In this document: positions 38,823 to 49,680 of the stretch, piece after piece
Numbering within the stretch: position 1 is the first letter of the stretch
Layout: the number at the start of each line of letters is the position of its first letter
DNA from: Mayamaea pseudoterrestris
Taxonomy: Eukaryota
Assembly: GCA_027923505.1 (NCBI GenBank)
Contig: BROI01000009.1
Coordinates: forward strand, 124,001 to 188,000
DNA length: 64,000 nucleotides
Reading direction: 5' to 3'
Notes under the pieces: generated by a model
Databases searched by the model: none
Told to the model about the DNA's origin: nothing
What the model saw: the letters and a program-made list of their open reading frames with translations, nothing else
Translations under genes and position numbers: made by a program

Positions 38823-41147
38823 CGCAGATGCCGCGACAATCAAACGCCCCTACAGCAAGCCCTGTAGGTGCCCAAAATACACCAAAATGGTGTCAACATC
38901 CTTATTCAGGCTGCGCTACAAGATGGTAGGCTTGGCTGGTGTCTCAAGGGATGGCAATGTATTTGGTGACAACTTTTCACCAGTCTCAGCCCGCAGATGC
39001 CGTGACATTCAAACGCCCCTACAGCAAGCCCTGTAGGTGCCCAAAATACACCAGAATGGTGTCAACATCATTATTCAGGCTGCGTTACAAGATGGTAGGC
39101 TTGGCTGGTGTCTCAGGGGATGGCAATGTATTTGGTGACAACTTGTCACCAGTCTCAGCCCGCAGATGCCATGACATTCAAACGCCCCTACAGCAAGCCC
39201 TATAGGTGCCCAAACTACACCAGAATGGTGTCAACATCCTTATTCAGGCTGCGCTACAAGATGGTAGGCTTGGCTGGTGTCTCAGGGGATGGCAATGTAT
39301 TTGGTGACAACTTGTCACCAGTCTCAGCCCGCAGATGCCATGACATTCAAACGCCCCTACAGCAAGCCCTGTAGGTGCCTAAAATACACCAGAATGGTGC
39401 CAACATCCTTATTCAGGCTGCGCTATAAGATGGTTGGCTTGGCTGGTGTCTCAGGGGATGGCAATGTATTTGGTGACAACTTGTCACCAGTCTCAGCCCG
39501 CAGATGCCGTGACATTCAAACGCCCCTACAGCAAGCCCTGTAGGTGCCTAAGATACACCACAATGGAGCCAACATCCTTATTCAGGCTGCGCTACAAGAT
39601 GGTTGGCTTGGATGGTGTCTCAGGGAATGGCAATGTATTTGGTGACAACTGGTCACCAGTCTCAGTCTGTAGATGCCGTGACATTCAAACGCCCCTACAG
39701 CAAGCCCTGTAGGTGCCCAAAATACACCAGATTGGTGTCAACATCCTTATTCAGGCTGCGTTACAAGATGGTAGGCTTGGCTGGTGTCTCAGGGGATGGC
39801 AATGTATTTGGTGACAACTTGTCACCAGTCTCAGCCCGCAGATGCCATGACATTCAAACGCCCCTACAGCAAGCCCTATAGGTGCCCAAACTACACCAGA
39901 ATGGTGTCAACATCCTTATTCAGGCTGCGCTACAAGATGGTAGGCTTGGCTGGTGTCTCAGGGGATGGCAATGTATTTGGTGACAACTTGTCACCAGTCT
40001 CAGCCCGCAGATGCCCCGACATTCAAACGCCCCTACAGCAAGCCCTGTAGGTGCCTAAAATACACCAGAATGGTGCCAACATCCTTATTCAGGCTGAGCT
40101 ACAAGATGGTAGACTTGGCTGCTGTCTCAGGGGATGGCCATGTATTTGGTGACAACTTGTCACCAGTCTCAGCCCGCAGATGACGTGGCATTTAAACGCC
40201 CCTACAGCAAGCCCTGTAGGTGCCCAAACTACACCAGAATGGTGTCAACATCATTATTCAGGCTGCGCTACAAGATGGTAGGCTTGGCTGGTGTCTCAGG
40301 GGATGGCAATGTATTTGGTGACAACTTGTCACCAGTCTCAGCCCGCAGATGCCGTGACATTCAAACGCCCCTACAGCAAGCCCTGTAGGTGCCCAAAATA
40401 CACCAGAATGGTGCCAACATCCTTATTCAGGCTGCGCTACAAGATGGTAGGCTTGGCTGCTGTCTCAGGGGATGGCAATGTATTTGGTGACAACTTGTCA
40501 CCAGTCTCAGCCCGCAGCTGCCGTGACATTCAAACCCCTACAGCAAGCCCTGTAGGTGCCCAACACCAGAATGGTGCCCACATCATTATTCAGGCTGCGC
40601 GACAAGATGGTAGGCTTGGCAGGTGTCTCAGGGGATGGCAATGTATTTGGTGACAACTTGTCACCAGTCTCAGCCCGCAGATGCCGTGACATTCAAACGC
40701 CCCTACAGCAAGCCCTGTAGGTGCCCAAAATACACCAGAATGGTGCCCACATCCTTATTCAGGCTGCGCTACAAGATGGTAGGCTTGGCAGGTGTCTCAG
40801 GGGATGGCAATGTATTTGGTGACAACTTGTCACCAGTCTCAGTCCGCAGATGCCGTGACATTCAAACGCCCCTACAGCAAGCCCTGTAGGTACCCAAAAT
40901 ACACCAGAATGGTGCCCACATTCTTTTGCCGTCTGCGCTACAAGATGGTAGGCTTGGCTGGTGTCTCAGGGGATGGCAATGTATTTCCGCAGATGCCGTG
41001 ACATTCAAACGCCCCTACAGCAAGCCCTGTAGGTACCCAAAATACACCAGAATGGTGCCCACATTCTTTTGCCGTCTGCGCTACAAGATGGTAGGCTTGG
41101 CTGGTGTCTCAGGGGATGGCAATGTATTTGGTGACAACTTGTCACCA
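38823..41147 (+). repeat. SatB 169-bp array, forward block (~14 copies)
   Basis: Same monomer, with ORF-track spacing 38939/39108/39277 = 169 bp. One monomer near 40986 lacks 26 bp. Confidence 0.97.
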
Positions 41148-41170
41148 TCTGCAGCCAAGCTAGATGCCGG

Positions 41171-42263
41171 GCCATCCCTGAAACAGCAGCCAAGTCTAAC
41201 ATCTTGTAGCGCAGCCTGAATAAGGATGTTGGCACCATTCTGGTGTATTTTAGGCACCTACAGGGCTTGCTGTAGGGGCGTTTGAATGTCGTGGCATCTG
41301 CGGGCTGAGACTGGTGACAAGTTGTCACCAAATACATTGCCATCCCCTGAGACACCAGCCAAGCCTACCATCTTGTAGCGCAGCCTGAATAAGGATGTTG
41401 ACACCATTCGGGTGTAGTTTGGGCACCTACAGGGCTTGCTGTAGGGGCGTTTGAAAGTCGCGGCATCTGCGGGCTGAGACTGGTGACAAGTTGTCACCAA
41501 ATACATTGCCATCCCCTGAGACACCAGCCAAGCCTACCATCTTGTAACGCAGCCTGAATAAAGATGTTGACACCAATCTGGTGTATTTTGGGCACCTACA
41601 GGGCTTGCTGTAGGGGCGTTTGAATGTCACGGCATCTACAGACTGAGACTGGTGACCAGTTGTCACCAAATACATTGCCATTCCCTGAGACACCATCCAA
41701 GCCAACCATCTTGTAGCGCAGCCTGAATAAGGATGTTGGCTCCATTGTGGTGTATCTTAGGCACCTACAGGGCTTGCTGTAGGGGCGTTTGAATGTCACG
41801 GCATCTGCGGGCTGAGACTGGTGACAAGTTGTCACCAAATACATTGCCATCCCCTGAGACACCAGCCAAGCCAACCATCTTATAGCGCAGCCTGAATAAG
41901 GATGTTGGCACCATTCTGGTGTATTTTAGGCACCTACAGGGCTTGCTGTAGGGGCGTTTGAATGTCATGGCATCTGCGGGCTGAGACTGGTGACAGGTTG
42001 TCACCAAATACATTGCCATCCCCTGAGACAGCAGCCACGCCTACCATCTTGTAGAATAAGGATGTTGACACCATTCTGGTGTATTTTGGGCACCTACAGG
42101 GCTTGCTGTAGGGGCGTTTGAATGTCATGGCATCTGCGGGCGGAGACTGGTGACAAGTTGTCACCAAATACATTGCCATCCCCTGAGACACCAGCCAAGC
42201 CTACCATCTTGTAACGCAGCCTGAATAATGATGTTGACACCATTCTGGTGTATTTTGGGCACC
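41171..42263 (-). repeat. SatB block in inverted orientation (~6.5 copies)
   Basis: Reverse-complement monomers such as gactggtgacaagttgtcaccaaatacattgccatcccctgagac. The SatB pseudo-ORFs switch to the minus strand at 41005-42191. Confidence 0.96.
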
Positions 42264-42643
42264 AGGGGATGGCAATGTATTTGGTGACAACTTGTCACCA
42301 GTCTCAGCCCGCAGATGCCGTGACATTCAAACGCCCCTACAGTAAGTCCTGTATGTGCCCAAAATACACCCAAATGGTGCCAACATCCTTATTCAGGCTG
42401 CGCTACAAGATGGTTGGCTTGGCTGGTGTCTCAGGGAATGGCAATGTATTTGGTGAAAACTTGTCACCAGTCTCAGCCCGCAGATGCCGTGACATTTAAA
42501 CGCCCCTACAGCAAGCCCTGTAGGTGCCCAAAATACACCAGAATGGTGTCAACATCCTTATTCAGGCTGCGCTACAAGATGGTAGGCTTGGCTGGTGTCT
42601 CAGGGGATGGCAATGTATTTGGTGACAACTTGTCACCAGTCTC
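42263..42643 (+). repeat. SatB terminal forward block (~2.3 copies)
   Basis: caggggatggcaatg... resumes at 42263 and ends at ...tgtcaccagtctc (42643). Confidence 0.93.
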
Positions 42644-42644
42644 T

Positions 42645-43061
42645 TAATTTAGAGTGTTGGCCACCCCCATCCTGCAGAACATTCCATGGTGTAGGCCTCC
42701 AGGCAGTCTGTTTTGCACCATTTCAGACCATCCTCATGTCCATGGCATACCCTGGACATGTTTTGCCTGACTCATTGGGTTGTTGGGTGGCCAGGGCACA
42801 GGGCATTGTAGTGGTATGATTCCATAATTTGGGGTGTTGGCCACACCCATCCTGCAGACAATTCCATGGTGTATGCCTCCCGGCAGTCCGTTTTGCACCA
42901 TGCCAGACCATCCTCATGTCAATGGCACACCCTGGACATGTTTTGCCTGACTCATTGGGTTGTTGGGTGGCCAGGGCACGGGGCATTGTAGTGGTATGAT
43001 TCCATAATTTGGGGTGTTGGCCACCCCCATCCTGCAGACCATTCCATGGTGTAGGCCTCCA
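42645..43061 (-). repeat. Diverged SatA-related satellite, 180-bp monomer, inverted (~2.3 copies)
   Basis: Period is 180 bp (ccacccccat at 42661, 42841 and 43021). The first copy contains the exact reverse complement of the SatA segment acccaatgagtcaggcaaaacatgtccagggtatgcca, while other parts differ strongly. Confidence 0.92.
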
Positions 43062-43158
43062 TGTATGTAAGTACAGAATTGTGCAAGGTAACTTTGATTT
43101 GTATATAACAGTTTATTTGTAAGCTTAAGTAACTGGCTAGAAAATCGTAGCAGATTAA

Positions 43159-44578
43159 TTAAGAAAACCGAGACACAACCGTCGCATGATAGGGCACCGA
43201 GTTTATATCGCCAACAGCTGCGAGGGAAGGATTGCTTTTTAGCATAGAACTCAAAGCCTCTTTGACTTGCGCGTCCGTCACAGCGTCATATGACTTGGCA
43301 ACACTCGCAGGACCAGAAAAGCTGCCCGACTCCAAGACAGAAGAAGTCATCACTGTTGCGAGTGATTGGCTTCCTCCATCGAGTGCAAAGAGGGCTTCGG
43401 CCTTAGCCGCACGCTTGGCGCGTTGAATGACTTCCGAAGATACTGGCGTCGTCATCGCCTTGGTAATAGCATCCATCAGGCCTGCTCCGGTGCCTCCAGC
43501 GTAGGCGCCGACCATGCCGGACGCTGTAAACCCAGAGACACCCGAATCGGCACCGACAACGTCGATGAAGGACTTAACGACATTGGCAACCGCCGACTGC
43601 TGTGGTCCGCGGAAGGCAAGAGCCACGTGTGCTATTCCGGCAGAAGGAGCAAAAACTCGGCTCTCTCCGCCCAAGTAAATCATTTCGGAATCCTCGTTGG
43701 CTCCAGCCGGTGCACCGTCCAAAAGTTGCGCTACTTGTGCGCAGAATGATTCGTGATCCTTGACGCCAGTCGCGGCCAAAATAGCTCCATTGACACCATA
43801 TGCACGTTGACGAAAGCTCTTGATGGCGTCTGGTGAGACATTGTATGCGTAGCTGCTGCGTCCAGCGGCTGACTGTGGACCAAACGCGGCGGCAAACAAA
43901 TTCTCCGTCAAGACAATCTGTGCACTAGCGCTTGCCGCTTCCGTCTCCGTCTGTGCAAGGTGTTTGGCATCCCGCATATCCCACTTTTCAAAAGTGCAGT
44001 CGACAGCCAGCAAAGGAACCAAGGTCGCAGCATACTCTGGTGGAACCGTGTATCCAAGCGTCGCCTTGGTGCGATCCCAGGTCACCAATGGCGAGCCACC
44101 ACAGTTCTCAATGGAACGAAAAATGCGAATGGTCGACATGTTTGATCCGGAATTAAACGCAAGGCATTTGTTCAAGAGAGCCGCGCCTTGCTCGTTAAGT
44201 CGCTCCGATGCGGATCCGGCGTTAGGAAACGTCATGGTAACGGTTGATGTCGTGTTGGCGCCCTCAGTTACAACTGTCAGACCATTGGAGAGAGTTGTCA
44301 CCGAGGCAGACGTTGCTTTGGCTAGTTCTGGTCTTGTGGCGGGTACTCTGGAATAGAAATAGACTGCAAATAAGCCAACTCTAACGGTCTGTACGTCACA
44401 CCATTGCAGCATATCGTCGACCTCTCTTGAACGCCTCCAAAACGTTTCCTCAATTATTTTCTTACCCTGGAAATTCATAATCCAAGCTGACCAGAGCCGA
44501 GAAGCTACGGTGGGCGGCTTTCTTCAACAAGGCAGCGCCAGAGCGTCTCGAAACAAAGCTCGACATCGTCATCATCAT
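43159..44578 (-). CDS. Peptidase M16 non-catalytic subunit: cytochrome bc1 core protein 2 / mitochondrial processing peptidase alpha-like
   Basis: Exon 1 (44578-44466) encodes an Arg/Ser-rich presequence MMMTMSSFVSRRSGAALLKKAAHRSFS. A GT-AG intron spans 44465-44348. Exon 2 has TTLSNGLTVV, AGSASE, YLGGESR, HVALAF and a C-terminal PSLAAVGDI, and no HXXEH catalytic motif. Confidence 0.85.
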
Positions 44579-44790
44579 GGTGGATTAGTTGTGCCGCGCG
44601 CCAAAAAAGGTGCGGTCGACGATGACGCAAGCTTGAAGATTCGCGCCAGAGCTAAGCGGCACTCAAAATAACTGATGTGACGCGCCAAGATCCCTTTTGC
44701 AATCCAACGAACCGTCGCCCATTTGCCGATGGCATCACTCTTTCCTTTCGCACAATCCTTCATCCTGATCCTGCAGAAAGAATCTACACC
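44579..44790. promoter_or_regulatory. Short divergent intergenic region, putative bidirectional promoter
   Basis: 212 bp between the divergent start codons of the M16 gene and MAD2. No specific element was identified. Confidence 0.45.
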
Positions 44791-45606
44791 ATGAATAGCA
44801 TTACTCCTACAACTAAGAAGACGGAGATCACCCTAAAGGGTAGCGTAGAGATTGTTTCGGACTTTTTCTTCACGGCGATTAATAGCATTCTCTACCAGCG
44901 GTGCGTACTGATACTGACTGTGAACACGGACTATCGACTACCATACTGATGATTGTTGATGTCAAGGGTCGTACAGCGCAATGATAAGAGCATTGCAAAA
45001 TTGACATATGCCGATACTCATCCATCTTATCTCATCTGTTGCAGTGGCATTTATACGCCTGAAACTTTCAAGCGCGAAATGAAGTATGGATTGTCGGTGC
45101 TCACCACAACCGACGAAGGCCTTCTTGACTACTTCAAACACGTCCACAAGCAAATCGCGGAATGGTTGCTTGCTGGTATCATCCAGCGACTTGTCGTTGT
45201 TGTCAACGGCTTGGACTCCATGGAGACTTTGGAACGCTGGCAGTTCAACGTCAGTGTGGACAAGACGGGTGCTGGTGCTGCTGCTGTTGGTGCCGAGAAC
45301 CGGACACCAAACACTACGCCAAGAAACACCATGGAAAAGACTATGAAGGAGATTCACAATGATATTCAAGCCATTATTCGCCAGATTACGGCTTCAGTTA
45401 CCTTTCTCCCTCTCTTGCAGGAGCCATGCACGTTTGATTTGCTCATTTACACGGATCGCGACGCGCAGGTGCCGCAGCGCTGGGCCGACAGTGATCCCTG
45501 TTACATTCTTAACTCGAGCGAAGTCAAGCTGCGAAGTTTTACTACGACGGTTCATAAGGTTGACTCAATGGTCGCCTACAAGGAGAAGGAGGAGTGGGAG
45601 CTTTAA
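44791..45606 (+). CDS. MAD2: Mitotic spindle assembly checkpoint protein MAD2 (HORMA domain)
   Basis: Exon 44791-44900, intron 44901-45044 (GT..CAG), exon 45045-45606. The spliced protein has ITLKGSVEIVSDFF, INSILYQRGIY, LERWQF, IQAIIRQITASVTFLPLL, FDLLIYTD and LRSFTTTVHKVDSMVAYK. Confidence 0.95.
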
Positions 45607-45793
45607 ACACGATTTAAGCGAATGGAAGAAGGACAGCATGTGCATGTTGCGGTCGACGAGTTCAATAATATCATCACAAAATAGTCACCTTGTTATACTA
45701 ATAAGAGAGCATATTAATAGCATTACCTGTCGTACAAATTGTTGAGCATAGCCTTGCCGTTGAGAGCATACCATGCATTACAGTGAAATTGAC

Positions 45794-46309
45794 CTATTTC
45801 ATAAACATGCCGTGTGCTTTATCGTTCTCTTCGTACGCGGTCAAAAGCTGAAAAAGTGATCGCAATCTTCGAATTGCTATTGTATAGGGGCGCTCCGGTG
45901 CTCCATCCTTCATGCCAACTTCAGCAACAACCCAACCGTACATCAACTCTGTTGGCCCATCCTTCCATGCGAATCCAGAAGTCGGCGCTACTAGATGAGA
46001 TGACTGGTCCCCTTCGAATTCTGTCTGTGTTTTATAGCGCTTGACGTTGTTGAATATGCACCATCCAGTGATACGAACGTGAGGAGTTGCATTATAGAAT
46101 ATAGTGTCCCCGAGCGAGCTAGTTCGGTCGATTCCGGGTGGTGACTGCAGAATCAGAATCTTGCGACCGATCAACGCTGGTGGCAATTCATATGTACGCG
46201 TTTCAATCGTCTTTTGACCGCTCGTCAGTGCTTCCGCCCAAGGTGCCTGCATTTCCAATGCGAAAGTATGGCCATCGCAGTTCCATCCTTGCCAGTCAAT
46301 TGGCACCAT
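45794..46309 (-). CDS. ASCH/PUA-like domain protein (putative nucleic-acid binding), 171 aa
   Basis: N-terminal ALEMQAPWAEALTSGQKTIETR matches the ASCH pattern L.h.QPWA..h..G.K.hE.R. Confidence 0.7.
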   Translation of the reverse strand: MVPIDWQGWNCDGHTFALEMQAPWAEALTSGQKTIETRTYELPPALIGRKILILQSPPGIDRTSSLGDTIFYNATPHVRITGWCIFNNVKRYKTQTEFEGDQSSHLVAPTSGFAWKDGPTELMYGWVVAEVGMKDGAPERPYTIAIRRLRSLFQLLTAYEENDKAHGMFMK

Positions 46310-47104
46310 TTGTAATGCAGCTGCTTCGTTGTTGCTGGTGTGTGTCGGATACAGCCGAAAAATATGATGTGAAACAAGCTTGTTGACAATTAGTAGCTAC
46401 TCAGTCAGCTTGTGAGCTCGTCCGAGTTGCTGAAGAAATGGACCGGGAGCAGCGCGATGCAATGACCGTAATCCGTAATGGGTGGGCGATGAAAACAATC
46501 TTCTCCGTGATCGCTCACGATATTAATATCGCTTAACTGTTGAAAAGCCTCAAAAGGACTGCGGCAAACTTACACGTATGTTACGGCTTATTGCGTCCTT
46601 GATACACATTCGCCATCGCAAATCCAGGATTGCATGGTTCAGTACTCGATACGGTACTTGTACCGGTACGATTCTGTCTTGGGGCTCGGTATATGGATGT
46701 GGTTGTTTGAATAGACTACTTTTGGATCAGAGTTTGTATTGAATGCAGAATTAAATGTAGTAAATACTAAAATTAATGATGGATGTGTTCAATATGCAAG
46801 TGTATGTTAGCGTCCTTTGTGCTAAGGTTATTGGAAAAGTGGTAATCCTCTAACAAGACATGCAAAGAAGTGTGAATGAGTATATGGAGTTGGCTGCAAA
46901 CCAGGCCAAACATTTAGCTTCCAGATAATAAATCGTCACACTGGCAAGTGCCACAGCAGTACATAGCTGAGCACTAAATAGAGCTCTTGCATGATGGTTA
47001 TTACCGTAGTTATGAAGCTCTGTTGCCAAGCGCGCGAGAAGTGTTCCTAAATAGCCACTATTCATTTACCACAAGCATGCGAGCGCTGCCAATTATTAAA
47101 GATT

Positions 47105-49410
47105 TTATGTTATGTGCCTTAAGTTTGGCTCGTCATCTTTGAATGCTACGTTTCTTCCTTGTTTGGTATCCACGTATCCATCGTCATACTCGTCGTCAGA
47201 GTCAAGCGCCGACGGAACGCCTGCTCCAGACAGCTCCAATTCCGATCCATCTCCTTCATAATTAGAAGAAGGCAGTTCCATTGCATAAGCATACTCTTTC
47301 GCAGTGGGGCTTGGTCGCCAAAGACAGGCGATACCAAGCATAACAATCAAATAGTTGAGTTCGGTTGCACTGTCCACCATCCAAGCGTCTTCTTCGCCCA
47401 CAATGCCGTCAGTAAAGGCATTGGCGACGGCGAAGATGGCCCATGCCGCGGCAAATAAAACGGCAAAGAGGAACAAACATCGCAGTCGGAGATACCGCTT
47501 CAGCTTGCGTGTCTGCTGCTGGGATTCCAAGTGTTCCATCGTACTGGCAAGCGCGTCCATAATCCACATGACGTATACCACATCAACGGCGGCGATGGTA
47601 AACGTCAGCAAGGTATAGATATCGTACAGATTGGACTCAACATTCTGCGATAAAGTCTCCATCGCCGTGTTAGCCACGACGAACGTCAAATCACAAAAAG
47701 CTGACAAACCAATATATAGCATACACAGCATAAAGATCCACTTGTACTTTCGACCTAGCGTGTCTCTCGTGACTCCCCAACCAAGCGACACCATGACAAT
47801 GAGACTTCTGGACCACCCTCGCTTCACCACACCAAGTACAATGCCCATGTAGCAAATCCAGATGTGCCGATGTCCGTCCGAGTTCCACACAAAGGCATCT
47901 GCTGTTTTGAACACCATCTCGCCGAGGCCTAGCAATATTGTTGTCAAAATCCATTTCTCAATGGGGATGCGCGATTCAAAGTTTAAGTGCATCATAATGC
48001 TGTACCACAAGGAGACCACCAAGTATGCAATTGTCATGGCCCCAAAAAAGTACAAGAATCCCCATAATTCCCCGGGAAGAAAGCCATGTACCGATTTGTA
48101 GGCAGCTTCGCCAGTCAGTAACAAGTCGCGGCCTTGATCGTCGCAATTTGCCATAATCAAGACGTAATTGCCAGACTCCTCCGCGTCAATCAATCCGTTG
48201 TTTACAGACTTGGCAATTTCTCCCGAATTGGGGATGGGTATCTGTCGCTTCTTGCCAGGGAGCTTTCCCTGATCAACAATAAGTCGTCCCAAATCGGCTC
48301 CTCCCTTGCACAAGCCGAGTGCGACGGCGTCGGATGAGCAGCACCATCGTAGTGTTCCGTCGGGTAGCTGAGCTCCAATTCCCAGCGATGGCCAGTCGCA
48401 TCCGGCCTTTGTGTTGGCACAATCACTTGGAAGCTTGAACGCTACAAAATCAACGAATGTCCGACCCGAATCGTCAAGATTGCGCTGCGCATTGCTGGAT
48501 TGGATATACTTGGCTGCGGTGACGGTCGACACGCTTGCAGAACTCGATTCCATGAGCTGCCTCCAGCGCAAACTGGCGCCTATCTTAGTCACGTCTGTAG
48601 ATGCTGCAAGTTTCTTCATTCTACGCTCAGAATCACCATCATCCGCGTCGTCACCGTCGTCGCCTATCGACGTTGTTGTGGATGTCGTTGGAAGCTGCGT
48701 AGGAGTATTCGTAGCCCGAGCAGTTTTGCTGTCTGTGGCAGTAGTGGGCGTCGGCGCTGGAGATACAGCCCTTGCGGTAGCGGGCGCTGGTGGAGGCGCT
48801 GGAGCCTTTGCCTTTGGACGCGAAGGTGCCTTTTGAGGCAGCGCAGGTGCGGTTTTGGTATCAGTCTTGTCGTCACCCTAAATGAACAAAACGTGAGGAG
48901 TCGAAGCAGATAAATGGGCAAATGATCCATCGTCAAGCCTACCAACCTCTACAACATCATCGACGTCAACACCGTCATCACCTTCAGCATTGTCATCATC
49001 CTCCTGTGATAAAGCGATGAGTAAGCAACATGGACGGGAGCAGACGAGACTGCAATAATCAATAATTAATGCCTTACATTTTTATCGTCGGCATTTGCAG
49101 CGCCAGGAGCATTATCGTCGCCATCATCGCCGGCAGCGCCATCGTCTCCATGATAATCGTCATCAGTCTGGATCGCCGGTGGAAAATATGACTTGTGCGT
49201 GTCGGAAGTAGCAGTCAGAATCAAGCCACTCACGTCTACCGACCCAGGTCCTCGCAGGTAGAGTTCCGTGTATTGAATCGATGTGCTCGTGGCCGGTAAA
49301 CTGATATTAAACTTTTGAATCTCTGCAGTTACTATCACACTTAGTGCAACAATGATAGCCAATGGATACATCCAAGTATCGGCAGCAACGGACCGCTTCC
49401 TCATGGTCAT
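47105..49410 (-). CDS. GPR107/TMEM87 (lung seven-transmembrane receptor family) membrane protein, 3 exons
   Basis: Predicted exons are 49410-49078, 49003-~48947 and ~48878-47105, joined in frame by GT-AG introns. The protein has a signal-like N-terminus, an acidic and Pro/Ala-rich lumenal linker, a Cys-containing lumenal domain, HGFLPG followed by seven hydrophobic segments, CLWRPS and an acidic tail. Confidence 0.8.
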
Positions 49411-49680
49411 GACGAGTTTTGTGTTGGGGTCGAGGGAGAAAGCCGCGACGGGCTGGCGCGTTTTGGAGACGTTGAGGACATGCTACTTAAGGCTTCGAGG
49501 TCATCTTTCTTGGAACGAACACTACACTTGGATGGACAGTGATGCTCTTGGGCGCCGCGCCCAGCCGCATTGGATATTCTTTGAAAGCAACAGCCACACT
49601 TTGCTCCCATCTCCCTGATACTTCCATTACGTATTGCAATACCTATCTGTAACGACCCTTTTTAAACGCTTAACAAATCT

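Noticed and set aside
1..42643. CRISPR array or cassette-type interpretation of the repeats
   Set aside because: Monomers are contiguous with no unique spacers, there are no cas or integrase genes of that kind, and the context is eukaryotic.
1..42643. Tandem 5S rRNA, tRNA, snRNA or spliced-leader gene array
   Set aside because: I recognise no 5S, tRNA cloverleaf, Sm-site or Pol III terminator signature in either monomer. An Rfam search would be the formal test.
46310..47104. Short ORF 46850-47065 and other small ORFs in intergenic or antisense positions of the gene arm
   Set aside because: They are short, have no motifs, and mostly overlap better-supported genes on the other strand or UTR-like AT-rich sequence.
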